From Amphiscolops sp. MND2022 (Eukaryota), in the NCBI GenBank assembly GCA_964187785.1, contig OZ076409.1:93560001-93624000 (forward strand): DNA of 64,000 bases, in the 5' to 3' direction. The notes beneath the pieces were generated by a model. The model made no database searches and was not told the origin of the DNA. It was given only the letters and a program-made list of their open reading frames with translations. Positions 47,096 through 59,753 of this stretch are shown piece by piece. The position numbers were made by a program, and so were the translations under genes. Every line of letters starts with the position of its first letter. Position 1 is the first letter of the stretch.

Positions 47096-47642
47096 CCCTG
47101 GTTGGAACTGCTTGAACTTTTTACATGTCTTTGTAGGTTACCAAGCAAATTTTCCATAATTTTATAAAATTCTCAAAGAAATGTCCATGCATTAAATCTT
47201 CATTGATTCGATTTAATTTTATCAAGCTGCATATAAAATGCATCTTAAATTTGGCGGCAATTCTGCGCCGCAACGTTTTGCAGGTTTCATAACAACGCTG
47301 TTCTAATTTTGAAAGCAGCTGATACCTTAATCAATTTTACCGCGCTTTCAATGCAAACAAATTTAGTCACATTATAAGTTTCAAAGTAGCGTCAAATTCA
47401 GCTATTTGGTTAACGGTGATTACATAAGGTACTTACATGAGAAACTTACGCGTGAAAACAAAGTGATCGCTGCGGCGAAGAAGTGGAATTGTTTTCAGCT
47501 TTAATTCAAATAGTGAAGGCTGCATTGTAATCCTACAAAATGTTTCCATGCACGGTCCCGGAATTTTCCAAGTTTTATAAAAAAAAATTAGCTTGCATGT
47601 TTCCATGCAGCATGCAAAAAGTTCAAGCAATCTCGACTAGGG
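47096..47642. mobile_element. CCC-terminated non-autonomous DNA element inserted in a decayed family A MITE (~46760-47850)
   Basis: TIRs CCCTGGTTGGAACTGCTTGAACTTTT / AAAAGTTCAAGCAATCTCGACTAGGG, TA duplicated; flanks rejoin into family A sequence. Confidence 0.7.
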
Positions 47643-49225
47643 TACTTATTAAATAGTTTAAGAAGTCCGAAAAGCAGTACATTGGCTCCTTAGCAGCTCC
47701 CGAAAAAAATTCCTCAAAAATCTCTCCAAAAAATATTAGAACATCTGTGAGGATCCCTGCAGATCTGCACGTGACCTGCCGAAGCAGTGGCACGATCTCT
47801 ACTGATCCTCAAAAGAATAAGGCTCACAGATCTCTGCAGATTGCGAAGGAAACTCTACATGGGTACAAATGGCGTTCTTTGACAATGTTGAATGAGATTA
47901 GAAGATATTTTTCTCTTTTTACACGCCGGCATTTTACGCAGTCACACATCTTTGAACAAAAACGGATTGAAACGATGACTTCAATTTGCATAAAAGTCTA
48001 TGTAAAATACTCTGTCAAATAACAATGGAAACATCATTTCCATAGAATCGTTTTGTACTTGAGTTCAGAAGTGTAATGAAATGTAACCACCCCATTCGAC
48101 TGCTTGAAATGGCTACGACCTGCAATCATGCATGCAAAGCCTATTGTCTTAACATAACAATGAAACTGCCAGGGGCTTGAAAGGAAACACTTCTCAAAAT
48201 TACAATAAATCTTCAACTATCTCAATCAAATTCAAGGTTTGTAAACTTTGATGCGATTTTAGAGTGATTTCACTTTGGTTTTACTTAGATTCTTCCAAAC
48301 AGTGCAAATATCTTGAAAATCTTGTCGCAATATTTGCTAATTCTAGCATTGTTAAGTGTTTTTGAAAATAGTGTTCTAGAAAAAAAAACGATGAAAGCTT
48401 GTATATTAATGTTTCTACCAAATCTCTACCTTTTCGTAGGAATCTTGGCCAGAATCTCTTATTGGGGTCTCAAGAAATCAAATAATTTGTATAACAAACA
48501 TTATCATTTAGAAACATTCTACAATTTCATCATTTAGAGTTGCTGGTTATAGAAAGTATTGACATTCAGGATATGAACGCTTGGTAGGAAGATTTAACAG
48601 ATGTGGCTTTATATGTACACTGATAAGGCCGCGGTTCTTTTCAATCTGATTTTTTAGCTTTTCACTGGAAAACTTTGACCAGAGCTTGCTTCGTAATAAC
48701 CTACTTTCAAAACAAGAAAAAAAACAAAAGAGGGAGTAGAGATACACTATTCTTCTTTTTTTTTCAGCAATACAAAAATACAATCAACGAAGACTCTGAA
48801 AAAAAAACAGTTTTTCAATTCAAGTTTGCACAATAATTAACAATGTGATCAGAGTGAAATTGAATTTTCACAGCCCTAAATGGGATAACTGAAACATTTT
48901 CCATAATGTAGCCTTTTCCCCACTTTCGTATCAACAAGTTGCAATCAAATTTTTATTTCCTAACTACTCATCTGATGTGATCACAGCTTCCCAAACATCG
49001 CTGAAGATGGCGCTTATTTTCAGTTTCTATTGAGACTGAAGTTACTTCGCAATATATTGGTTGTTAATTTGAAGAATTTCCAGCTGCTTTGGAAATTAGA
49101 ACTGTTGGTTAAAGGAAGATGCAAAGCTTCACGGATTGATATTTTTGCTGAATTTTTTGAGGAGCTTGGCAAAAGTAGAATACAACATGGAAGTATTTTC
49201 GCATGAACGTTCCTAGTAACCTTCA

Positions 49226-49723
49226 ACAAGCCGGGAATGAGTAAAGTCGGTGCTATATCTAAAGCTCAAAAGACGCAAAGTTTTTAAAATTGTGAAATGG
49301 AGGACCTTTTGGGTTTTTTGAAACTCCACTTTGTTGCAAAATATTCAAAACAATTGATGGAGTGACCCTTTGGAGACATAGAAAAATTTGAAAAAAGATC
49401 AAATGAAATTTTTGAAGTGTCACAGTAGCAAAAAGTGTAAAAAGGAGGACCCATCAGGATTTCCTAACGTCCATCTGTTGCAAAATATTGAAACCATTGA
49501 AAGGGGGACCCTTTGGTGCAATCCAAAAAAATTCGGAAAAAAACTCATAGTGCCAAAAAATGAGTGAAAAACACCAAGATAGCCAAAGGGGGATCCTTTG
49601 TATTTTTTTTCGAGGTTCTGTACGTCGGTTTTGTTTTGGACGAAGTTTTGAGGTCCTTACGCGTCTAAAAAATCTACCCACTGTAAGAGTCTGGCACTTT
49701 TCTTCAAAAGCGCCGACTAAAAA
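49226..49723 (-). mobile_element. DINE-1/HINE-like element
   Basis: ACAAGCCGGGAA...AAGTCGGTGC start, AAAAGCGCCGACTAAAAA end. Confidence 0.7.
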
Positions 49724-51751
49724 CATGTAAACAGTCAAAACTTATTGTAATGGGGAGTCCATCAACCAATCAGTAAAGTTGTTTAAAATAATGAGAAACT
49801 GTAGCTAAATAGCGAAACTCCTTGAACAAAATAATTCTCTCTTTGTTCAAACTGCATTTTCATGAATGATTTGAAGAAAAGTATGAGTCAAAGTAATGTG
49901 CGCCAAAAGTCAAAAAATATCCGAGTTAGAGTCATACAATAATCATGAACGTTTTTATCCTCAGTTATAAAAGAAACTATACATCCTATACAAGATATAA
50001 AAATTCCAACAGTGGCCCTTCAACAAAAAAAAATGATATGCTGTGACTCTCGGTTTTCGAAGATACTTGACAGCGATAACAAAACGTATTTGCAATTAGT
50101 GCCACATTGCGAAAGTTCTCATATCATACCAAACTGCCCAATGAATGTTTTGTTCTTCAATTTGTTAGAGTTTTCGAGTTTTTGGTCTTTCGGTCCTTTA
50201 AATGGCATCTCGTTTGTTTTTTCTTCCATTTCCAACGACCTTTCTCGACGCTTGATCGTCTGACATAATATCAGAAAAGTAGGTTTTGCTTAATGGGAAA
50301 ACTAATTCTGAAACATATCATATACTGTTTCAATTTTTACCTTGAACCGCGACAATACTCAACTGTCCCCTTATCAAAACTGAAAAAAAACGGATTATAA
50401 GTTCAATTAATTCTCCTCGCGATTCGAAGATTTACGGTTCCCTTTGAGAGTTGACTAGTAACCATTTTAGCGATAAAATTTGATATTCGATTCATAGCTT
50501 TCGAATGCACTGTCTTTTGTTATCGCGCTCCAAAATGTCCCCGGAGGCACGAAAGTCTGGCCAAATTGTCTTCATTTAATCTTTTGAGAATCTTCAATTG
50601 ATTTCAGGAACTTGAGAACCGTTACTGCATCACGAATGCAACATTTTGGTCTCAACTGGTACAAAATGTTTCAATAATGATAATTGATACCAAAAAAATG
50701 ATTCCATCATGCTCAATCTCGCCTTTTCATCCATAATCATGAGTTTTTAACGACATTACATTGGAATGGTTATTAATTATCAATAGTGACTTTCATTACA
50801 TTCGAATCATGGCTATTCGTACATCGTGATTTTCATTACGCTCGAATCATGGCTGAGTATCAATGGCGGTTTTTGCATTACATTCTAATCATTTATTACA
50901 ATGGTTCTTTTCAGAAACCATAATTTATCCATGAAAATCCATGACAGAAAGCTACATGTTTTATTTTTCAAGGAATATATTGGCAAATCAGTGAAAATTT
51001 ATGAATTTCATCAAACACCAATCAAGAGCGTTCGAATAGAACGAATTTTGTTCACACGAGTTTCTTATGGGAAACCTTCGAAATATATAAACTGTGAAAC
51101 TTTAAAAAAGTGTTTCGAAGTCAACTTGTATCATGATTCATAAAGTTGTAATAATATAAAGGAATGTTTGGTACGAATTGACATATCGTCTTTTTCAGAC
51201 GTGGAGCTGCTAATTTTAGTTAATCACCTCTATATTATAGAAGAGTTTTAACGCCTTTTTTATGCGTTTTCATCCATGATCATCCATGGCCTTATGGCTT
51301 TACATTAAAGATCCTCCAATCATATTTTCATGATCCATGGAATGATTCTCAGTATGGCGAACCCATGAATCACGGATGGAAAGCTATAACCTGTAAACCT
51401 GGGCTTAGAGGATAAAACTCAGGGACGATTAAGAACTGGCAACGACTTGTCAACTACAAACCTAATTTTTCACAAACCCCTATGTTCCCTTAAAGGCTCT
51501 GGAGCATTCCTTAACAGCCCTTGAAATCATGTATCAACTACCAGAAAGAAATGAGAATCCTTATTAATCAAACAGTGAAAACATCCATTTTCTGCTCAAA
51601 AAGAGTTGCTAAGTGGCAATATACTCGACTAAAAGACCATATATGTAACACTTGCACACCAGAAATAAAATTGTATTTAAAGTATGAGAAATCAGATATT
51701 CAAAAGTACAAGGAAATCGACTGGAAGAAAGGGGTCAAATTGCAAGCTTAA

Positions 51752-52272
51752 ACAAGAGGGGAACGTTTCAGGTCGATGCCCCCACTTGAGACTCAAAAAG
51801 CGCAATATTTCTAAAATATACTCAGGACTTGTTTCATTAAAAACTCACATAAACTGTCGAAACACCCCAAAAATTGTGCTCGAGTTCGCCTGGTTCGAAT
51901 TTCCGCCTCCTCTTCAGCAAAACCGCTATAGTTCGGATATAACGTCAAAATTTCGAATAGTGATGAAAAAAATTATTGGTGGGTATATATTGAGAAGAAA
52001 AATTTTAGAGAAAAATGAGAAGTTTGAAACTGTCTCATAGTGCCGAAAACAAATTGAACTGGACCCGTTAGTCTCGTCCGGTTTTGTATGTTACGTTAAG
52101 AGAGGGTAAACGAAAAGAGGCACCCTTTGCAAGAACTTAGATGCGTTTCCGAGGTATTCGTTTTGTTGAACAAATGTACAAAAATTTCGTCGCATTCGAG
52201 TTTGCCTTAGGGAAAAATAAACGAGTGACTGTAAAAGTCGGGCTTTTTTATTTTAAAAGTGCCCACTAAAAA
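51752..52272 (-). mobile_element. diverged DINE-1/HINE-like element
   Basis: ACAAGAGGGGAACG start, AAAAGTGCCCACTAAAAA end, internal similarity to 53634-54530. Confidence 0.55.
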
Positions 52273-53633
52273 GAAATGTTTTGATAAAATTCGGCTAGTT
52301 CAAAAAACTTTAGAAAAGCTGTTTGATATAAAGTTTTACATATAAAGATAATCACCCCAGGTAGTCATTGTTGTAGTATGAATTTGATCACAAACCCAAA
52401 AATGGTTCTATAACAATACGCCCAATATTGTGAACGTTTGTTGTATGTATAAATATTGGGCGTAATGTCCTTTGGCGTAAAGTCCGGACACAAATAAATA
52501 TGTTTTGTTCTTTTTCCCCGAGTAATAAAATTGCTCTCAAATTTCAGATTGCTCTAGAGAAAATGAGAGGAAACGTATTTTTGGTAATTCGAAAACTTAA
52601 CTTCAAATTTCGATAGCCTCTTCATTTTGGGAAAAATATCATTGCCCAAGATTTCAGATCTCAGAAAGTATGCTCTTCAAATTTCAACAATATTATTTAG
52701 CTTTGGTTTTTATTCAAAAATGAGTCAGGTAATATTTATGAACTCGGGGTTTGCAGTCGAACGAAGAACACTTTAAATCACTTCTATTCGAATCTCATCG
52801 AACTTGAGTTTTTGAAGAGTTTCTCCGGTTTATTACAACCCAACCTTTTGTCATGAAAAATGACTTTTGAAGTTGCGTTTCCCCATAAATTCTTCTTTTT
52901 GAAGTGCCATGTAAAATTTTCAATAATTGCGTGGGTTGTCAACGCTGCATATCTAAGATTTATCCAAATATCGAGATTTTTTTAGGAAAAAAGGTATTAT
53001 TTAATCTTTTAGGTCAGCCGTAAAAAACACGCAATGATGTGAAAAGGTAATGGAACGTAGAAAATAGACCTGAAACAAGCGCTTCTTTACAAAAAGTTTG
53101 ATTTTCTTAGAGGCTCCTGGAAATAGAGTAACCAGCAAAGTGTTAGTCAAAAGATCTGTTAACAATTTTCGTTCGTTATCTTCGTTTTTTTTTCGTTTTC
53201 ATTGCAAAATTGCATCAAATAACATTCAAAAACAATAATACATCAATAGTTATTAGTCACGGGCGAAAATGTCTTGATAATTGATTGTCTTGAAAGAAAA
53301 ATGTTTTGAAAATGATTCTCTATCCTGTAAAATTGACAAAAAACGTAAAACTATGTGAACTTATACAAGCCGGGAACGATATAAGTCGGCGACCCGCTTC
53401 AGGCTCAAAAAGAGTAAAAGTACTTTAAAGCGTACTTTAAAGGTACGGTGAAAAGTTTCGTTATATTCGTTTTTTTCGGGTTTTTGTTATTGAAAACATT
53501 TTTAGAGTCTTGGGGTGACTCGTTTTTTGTTTTGTTTCATACCGTGGAGCTGATGAGAGTTTTCGCACTAATTCTCTTTAAGTATCTGGAAACGACCTAC
53601 AGCTTTTTTGGAGCAATGCGATTTTTATCATCT

Positions 53634-54530
53634 TTTTAGTCAGCGCTTTTATTAATAAAAGAGCCCGACTATTACAGTCACTCTTTTTTTCTCTATTTTT
53701 AAGACAGACTCGAAGCGACGAACGTTAAAATTAACGTTTAACTACTAATTACGGTACTAACCTACTGGACCGGCAAACGGGGAGCGCATTTAGGATAGTG
53801 CAAAGGGTCCCCCTTTCAGTTACTCCATTTTTATCGTAAGATACAAAACAGGACGACACTATAGGGTCCCCCCTTTGAGTTTTTCCGATACTGTGCGACT
53901 TTTTTTCGAATTTTTTTTTGTCTCCAAAGGGTCCCCCCTTCAAGTTTTTTGATATTTTACAGCAAATTGAATTTTCAAAAACCCGAAAGGGTCTCCCCTT
54001 TCAAGTTTTTCGGCACTATGAGACTGGCTCAAGATTCTTATTTTTCGATTTTTCGTTTTTTTTTCGCGAATATTTTTTTTAATGTCTCGAAGGGGTCCCC
54101 CCTTCAATTTTTTAAATATTTTGTAACATAATAGATATTAAACAATCCCAAAGGGTCCCCTATTCTATATTTTTCGGCACTATGAGACTGTTCAAATTGT
54201 CATTTTTCGTCTGAAATTAGGTTTTTTCAGTATACATTTACCAATATATTTTCCAAAACTATCCGAAACTTGGACGTAATATCCTGAGTAAAGCGCATTA
54301 TCCGAATTTTTGACGTTATTTCCGAATTATATTCCGTTTTACCAAGGAGGAAGCTGACGTTCAAAAAGCGCTCCCATTTGGGCCAGCACGCTATATCCGA
54401 TGTTTGAGACGTTACACTCCGCAACAAATTGGGTTTTCAAAAAACCCAAAGGGTCACCCCTTCGGATTTCAAAAAGTTTGAGCTTTTTGAGCTTTGGATA
54501 TGGCGCCGACCTTAGACGTTCCCATCTTGT
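53634..54530 (+). mobile_element. DINE-1/HINE-like element, opposite orientation (further partial copy from 53365)
   Basis: TTTTAGTCAGCGCTTTT start, GGCGCCGACCTTAGACGTTCCCATCTTGT end, internal AAAGGGTCCCCC repeats. Confidence 0.7.
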
Positions 54531-54720
54531 TTTCAACAAAGGTTCGCTGCATCAGCTTTCTTGATGTCTTAAGTTTTCGAGTTCTGTAGAGTCGCTTCTT
54601 TCTTTGGTTAATTCCGGTGTGCAACTTTTTTTCGGAAAAACAATTTTCAAATTAAGTCAGTTCAGTAAAGTTTTTTCGCACTGAGCGCTCTCCTTCGAGA
54701 TTTTGCAAGTTTGTATTATG

Positions 54721-55461
54721 TGTAACGGCAAGCTGTTATCGGTCGCTTAACGCGTTAACAGATGTGGAGGAACTTGAGGAAATGGGTAAATCGCTCAGAA
54801 CAGGCACCCATCGCCACAGATCCATTTTGCCTCCAGAGGTGAAATACGTCCCGGGGCTGTGGGTGCTTCGACGAATACTGTCCAACCTCCTAGTCTTTGA
54901 TTGTAACGGGCATCTTCCGGACTCTCTACAGACCACCGCTTAGCTAGCACATAAAAACGATGCCAAGAATAAGGTAAATTTCTAGTTCCAGGTTGACGTC
55001 GGAATTAGTATCTAAAATCCGGAATAAGATCTAAAAGTGCCAAAACTAGCGCTCGAGCTAGCAAAAACCAGTGCAAGTACATGAAAGCACGCATGAATAT
55101 GGCAAATTACACAGCTACAAGCTGGAGCGCAGGGGCTCCAAGTACCAAACAAGGATCTTTAGGCGAAAAGATTCATTTTAACGGTTTCCGCTACATAATG
55201 TAGCATAATGCTAAATTCAATGAAAACCATGGATACCACCTAAAAAAGTCTTTTTCCAAAGTTTTCTAAGCTCTCAAGTTGTTCCGTTCTCTGTGTTCTC
55301 GCTCGTTCTTGTTCGGTCCTTGTTCTGCATTGATATGGCCAAAACAGCGAAAAGAGCAATCACATGCTCAATGTCACGTCACGCATCGAATTAGAATTTT
55401 TGACAAAATTTCTGAACATGTCAAAGTTGCAAAACCGGCTGTACCAGAAGGTGCAGTTACA
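54721..55461 (-). repeat. solo LTR (741 bp), diverged relative of the second LTR family
   Basis: TGTAAC...GTTACA termini, similarity to 57765-57950 (AGATCCATTTTGCCTCC), flanked by ATG/ATG. Confidence 0.7.
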
Positions 55462-57764
55462 ATGAAATTTTGAAATTGTTTGAAAATTTTGAACAATTTT
55501 GAAATTGTTTCTCACCATAAAGGTCCACCAGCGTGGAAATTAACAAAAAACTAGTGTCGAGATCTATTATTTCTCTCAAACAGATGGAGACTGTTTTGGA
55601 TAAATTTAATTTCGATAGAAAAAGCGCTATATCCAAATTGCTGACGTTTTTAGTCTGCGCTTTTTAGTTCCAAAACTAAGAATGGTAGCAACCTATGCGT
55701 TACTGACTCCAGTTTTTAATTAGAAAAAAATGAAGAAAACGCCTCGCTTGGTGCAAGCAAAAACTGTCTGATAAATGCTGATCGGTTTTTTCGATGTAAA
55801 ACTCAGATACAGATAAATTTCAATGGCTGATTCATGTTACCAAAGCTAAAATACCTAAACTAAAATAGATAAAAAACTGATGCTTTGAGGTCTCAAAATT
55901 ACGGTTTTAGATTTCTATATCGTATTGAAAAAACTATTCACTTTCCTAAATGTATCCAGATACTGAAAAATGGGTTCAAACCTATGTATTTAGGTGAAGA
56001 ATTACAATATAACACTCGCGGTGATACTTTGAAAAACAACATAGACTTTTTCCAAGGAACTAACCTTTACAATTTGAAAAATTGACTTCCCCAAATATTT
56101 GATCTCAAAATCATCTAACTTTTTGGCGCTTCTCATTTAGAGGATAAGGCAAAAATTTGAGAATATTTAAACACAAAGAATCTCCAAAGAAAATATTTGG
56201 TTTCCTGACCGTTTTGGTTTTCAAAAACTTGATGTGTTCCCAAAATTTGATGTGTTGCTGAGATTATTTTTCGTTTCGAGGTTAGTTTTTCTATCTCAAA
56301 CGTCAAAAAATTGTATATTTATGTAGAAATTTTGTTTGTTCAGTTCTTCTAGGTATCTTTTCGCAGCACTGTACTTTTGTTTCTAATTGAATTTTCACTT
56401 CAATCGTCCATTTTTTAAAATTGAAAATTCAAGATTGTCTGCTTCGGACCAAAAAAACATTCATTTTTTAAAATGAAGTCTCGAAAATCTTCTACTGCAA
56501 CAATCGAAAACGAAATCCCGCATTTTTCAATCATCAAACCAAACTTGATGTGACATTTAACGCAATTAAGTTTGGACTCCGGATGAAAACGTTTTTTTAT
56601 TCCTCAAAAATCAATCAACGAGCTTCAATTAAGGCATTGTTCAAATTAAAAGGAACACAGAAGAGCCAATTACGAAAAAGCATAATTGAACGTGCTTCAG
56701 TATTAATTTATTGTGACTTTCAACTGGATTCAAAAAAAATTTCCAAAAACGGCTTTACGTCCATGGATGCAATTAGATGGACTTCAAATCTCTTAGGGGA
56801 CAGTTGATACACGGTGTGAATAGAAACACCGTCGTCTGGTATGACACGGTTACTATTACAGAGTATGTGTTAATGGATTTCAGGGGAGAAAATGGCGATC
56901 GGCATTGAGAACTTGATATTGCCAAAAATTAGAGACCTTTTAAGAGACATTGTTCAGTACAAGTAAGATTTCAGCATCTCGTCTTTTGTACGCTTTTAAT
57001 GGAACAACCTGGCAATTTTAGCCTCATGGTTGGACCTCAATATGCATGCAGATAATTATTGTCATAAATTAATTATTCTCCACCATTTATATTTAAAATA
57101 TTTGAATATTATTTTAAATATTTTCATGTCTATATAATATCATATTTATATTCAGATTGATTATCATGTATAAATTACTTGAGTCACACAATGACTGTTG
57201 TAGTGTACATAATATAATAATAATTTATAATACGTATTATCCCTGATGAAGTTTTTGACTGATAGTATATTTTCAAATTGCATGATCATATATGGCCGGC
57301 CCCTTTATGACCCCTGGCCACATATGCCCTGCTATGTATAAATTAGAACAAAGTAGTCAAATAACGCTGAAGTTGATGAAGTTATTGGCTTACCGTCAAA
57401 AAGTGTTCCAATTTCAACCAAATAATTGGGAAAAATCAAAACCAATTCTTGGCATATTAATTGGATTTATTCTTGATTGACCTTAATTGAAACAAAAATT
57501 CCCATGAGAAGTTGATAAGGTGGTAACGAAAGAGTTAAAACTTGGGTTGTCTGAAAGATCAGATATGATCTCATTTTTTTTCAGTACAAAGTTTCACGTT
57601 TGAACTTGATTTCAAGACTCTGAAATTAGGAAATCTTTCAGATGAATCATAAGCAGCAAACAACCCGCGGCTTAACTGATGCGAAACGGAAACGCTATGA
57701 AACTTTCAAGTAGGTGCCCCGCTCAAGGCTCAAAAAGAGCAGTCGTTTTAAAAACCTGAAAAGC

Positions 57765-58450
57765 TGTAACGACAAGCTCTCACCAAGTCGTCGTTTCGTC
57801 ATAGAGTCGGAGGAACCCACGGCATAGGTGTTTGCCCGGGATAGGCTCTCATAACCATAGATCCATTTTGCCTCCTTCGGGTAAAAACCATCCCGTCAGA
57901 GGAGGATTCCGCCTCGTGTGGAGCACTCGCCGAATTTTTCCAGTCTGTAACTATTATCATTAGTGCAAATTACGCTTTTTTGTCGAAATTATCACTCAGA
58001 CTGCCTTTAAAAATTGAGGTGGTGGTAAAGATGAATTCCCGTGTCAGGTTATGGTGAAAATAGTAGCTCACGAGCTAAACATTTCGGTAAATCGTTATTT
58101 TATCGGTATTTTACTGCACAAATCACATGGCAAATGGGGCACAAGCATGGATGCTTGATTAGGCAAATGCGAGACGCATTTTAAGTATTTGCAACAATTA
58201 CCAGCAACATGCTAATGAAAGTGACAGTGAAAAGAGTCTGTATAATTATCGAGTTTGCGTTCGCTTCTATACTCTCTCGGTACGCGGTCTTTTGTTCTAC
58301 TTTTTGCGGGTCTCTCCTTTTCTTCCATGTCGTTCTGAGCCTTTTCAATTTGACTTGCAGGTCTTTTTTGAAGACACGGAGTCTTTTAGCGGAATATGCT
58401 TGAAATTGCCAAATTCCAGTTCCCTGCTCCGTCCTTGAACGAATTCTTCA
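57765..58450 (-). repeat. truncated LTR of the second family
   Basis: Reverse complement of most of 62951-63670; U3 terminus missing. Confidence 0.8.
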
Positions 58451-59589
58451 AAAAAAGACTTTCAATTGGTGTATTCACATTTCTCGGTCTTAAGCAGGTG
58501 AGGAGTTCTTAGTATTCTCGTCAAAAGCTCGGAAGCCAGAATACGGTATCGTAATTTTTTGCAAGTTTTTGCATGCAGATTTGTTTCAGCAGGTTGAAGC
58601 ATTTTGATTATGGAAACGAGTAGAAATAGTAGTTTTGGGGCGAAATGAGCCTTTAGATTGAGTCTCAGCTGCTTGTACTGAAGATATAGTTTTTTTATAA
58701 TCTTAGAATTTTGTCCATCGTAATACGATACGATCTCGTGATACTTCTTAGTAAGATCTTAGTAAGAATCTTGCCAAGATGTAGTAAGAATTTGTCAAGA
58801 TCTTGCCATCGGTGCCAAGATGCTAGTAAGAGGGTCAACCCGGAACTGCCGCATCGCTATGGTGAAATTCCAAAGAAGAACTTCCAAATTTTTCTTCTTC
58901 TACTTCTAGAAAGCGTTGATCTATCCTTCCTGTCTAAAAGCAGCCAAAATTAGGTGCAATTATTTGGCAGAAAATGGATTGTCCAACTGAGCACAATTGT
59001 GGATCATTGATTGTTGAAAATTCAATTATGGCAACTCAAAAAATTTGGTACATGTACACAGAAGAACGAATGTTACATCATACTAATTTACTCGGTAGCC
59101 GTTCGTATAACAGAACGAGTTTTAAGAAGAACTAATAGAAAGCCGACCTGAAGTCTGATTTGACGACCAAGTTGCATTCTACAAAGTTGACTTTTCTTTA
59201 CTCTGACCGGTTTGTGTTATGGATTGTAGCCGGCCAGGAATAAAAGCGAACAATTCTATAGCAGAATATGATGGATTTCTAAGAGGCAATTGGCCCAACC
59301 ACTTTAGAAAGAAGCTTCAATTTCGTAATTATTAGGTTACAAGTAAATGCTGTGAGAAGAAACGAAAGGTAATGCATGTAGATTCGGCTATAATCTCAAG
59401 CGGCTATAATCCTGTATGTTCGGCGTAACCGGTTGCAAAGTTACGTAATAGTTTCATCTATCAAATCTCACTGTGGAACGGAGCGGAGCGACCAATCACA
59501 ATTAGGAATGAGGTTTGGTTCTGCTACACCCCTATTCTGCATTATTGCCGTTCGGGTATACAAACTACCACAAGTTTTCTCAGTGGCTA

Positions 59590-59753
59590 CCCAGTGTTCA
59601 AAGCCATGGTTATCTTGCCATGATCTTACTAATCTTGAGAAGCGTTCTATGTACCATGATTTGCCATGATCTTGACAAGGGTATCATGGTTAACCATGAT
59701 TTAGCAAGATTAACCATAATCATGGCAAGCGTTTAATGGCTTCGAACACTTGG
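59590..59753. mobile_element. short MITE related to family B (other fragments ~36495-36620, 58720-58843)
   Basis: CCCAGTGTTCAAAGCCAT / ATGGCTTCGAACACTTGG TIRs, TA on both sides, CATGATCTT repeats. Confidence 0.65.
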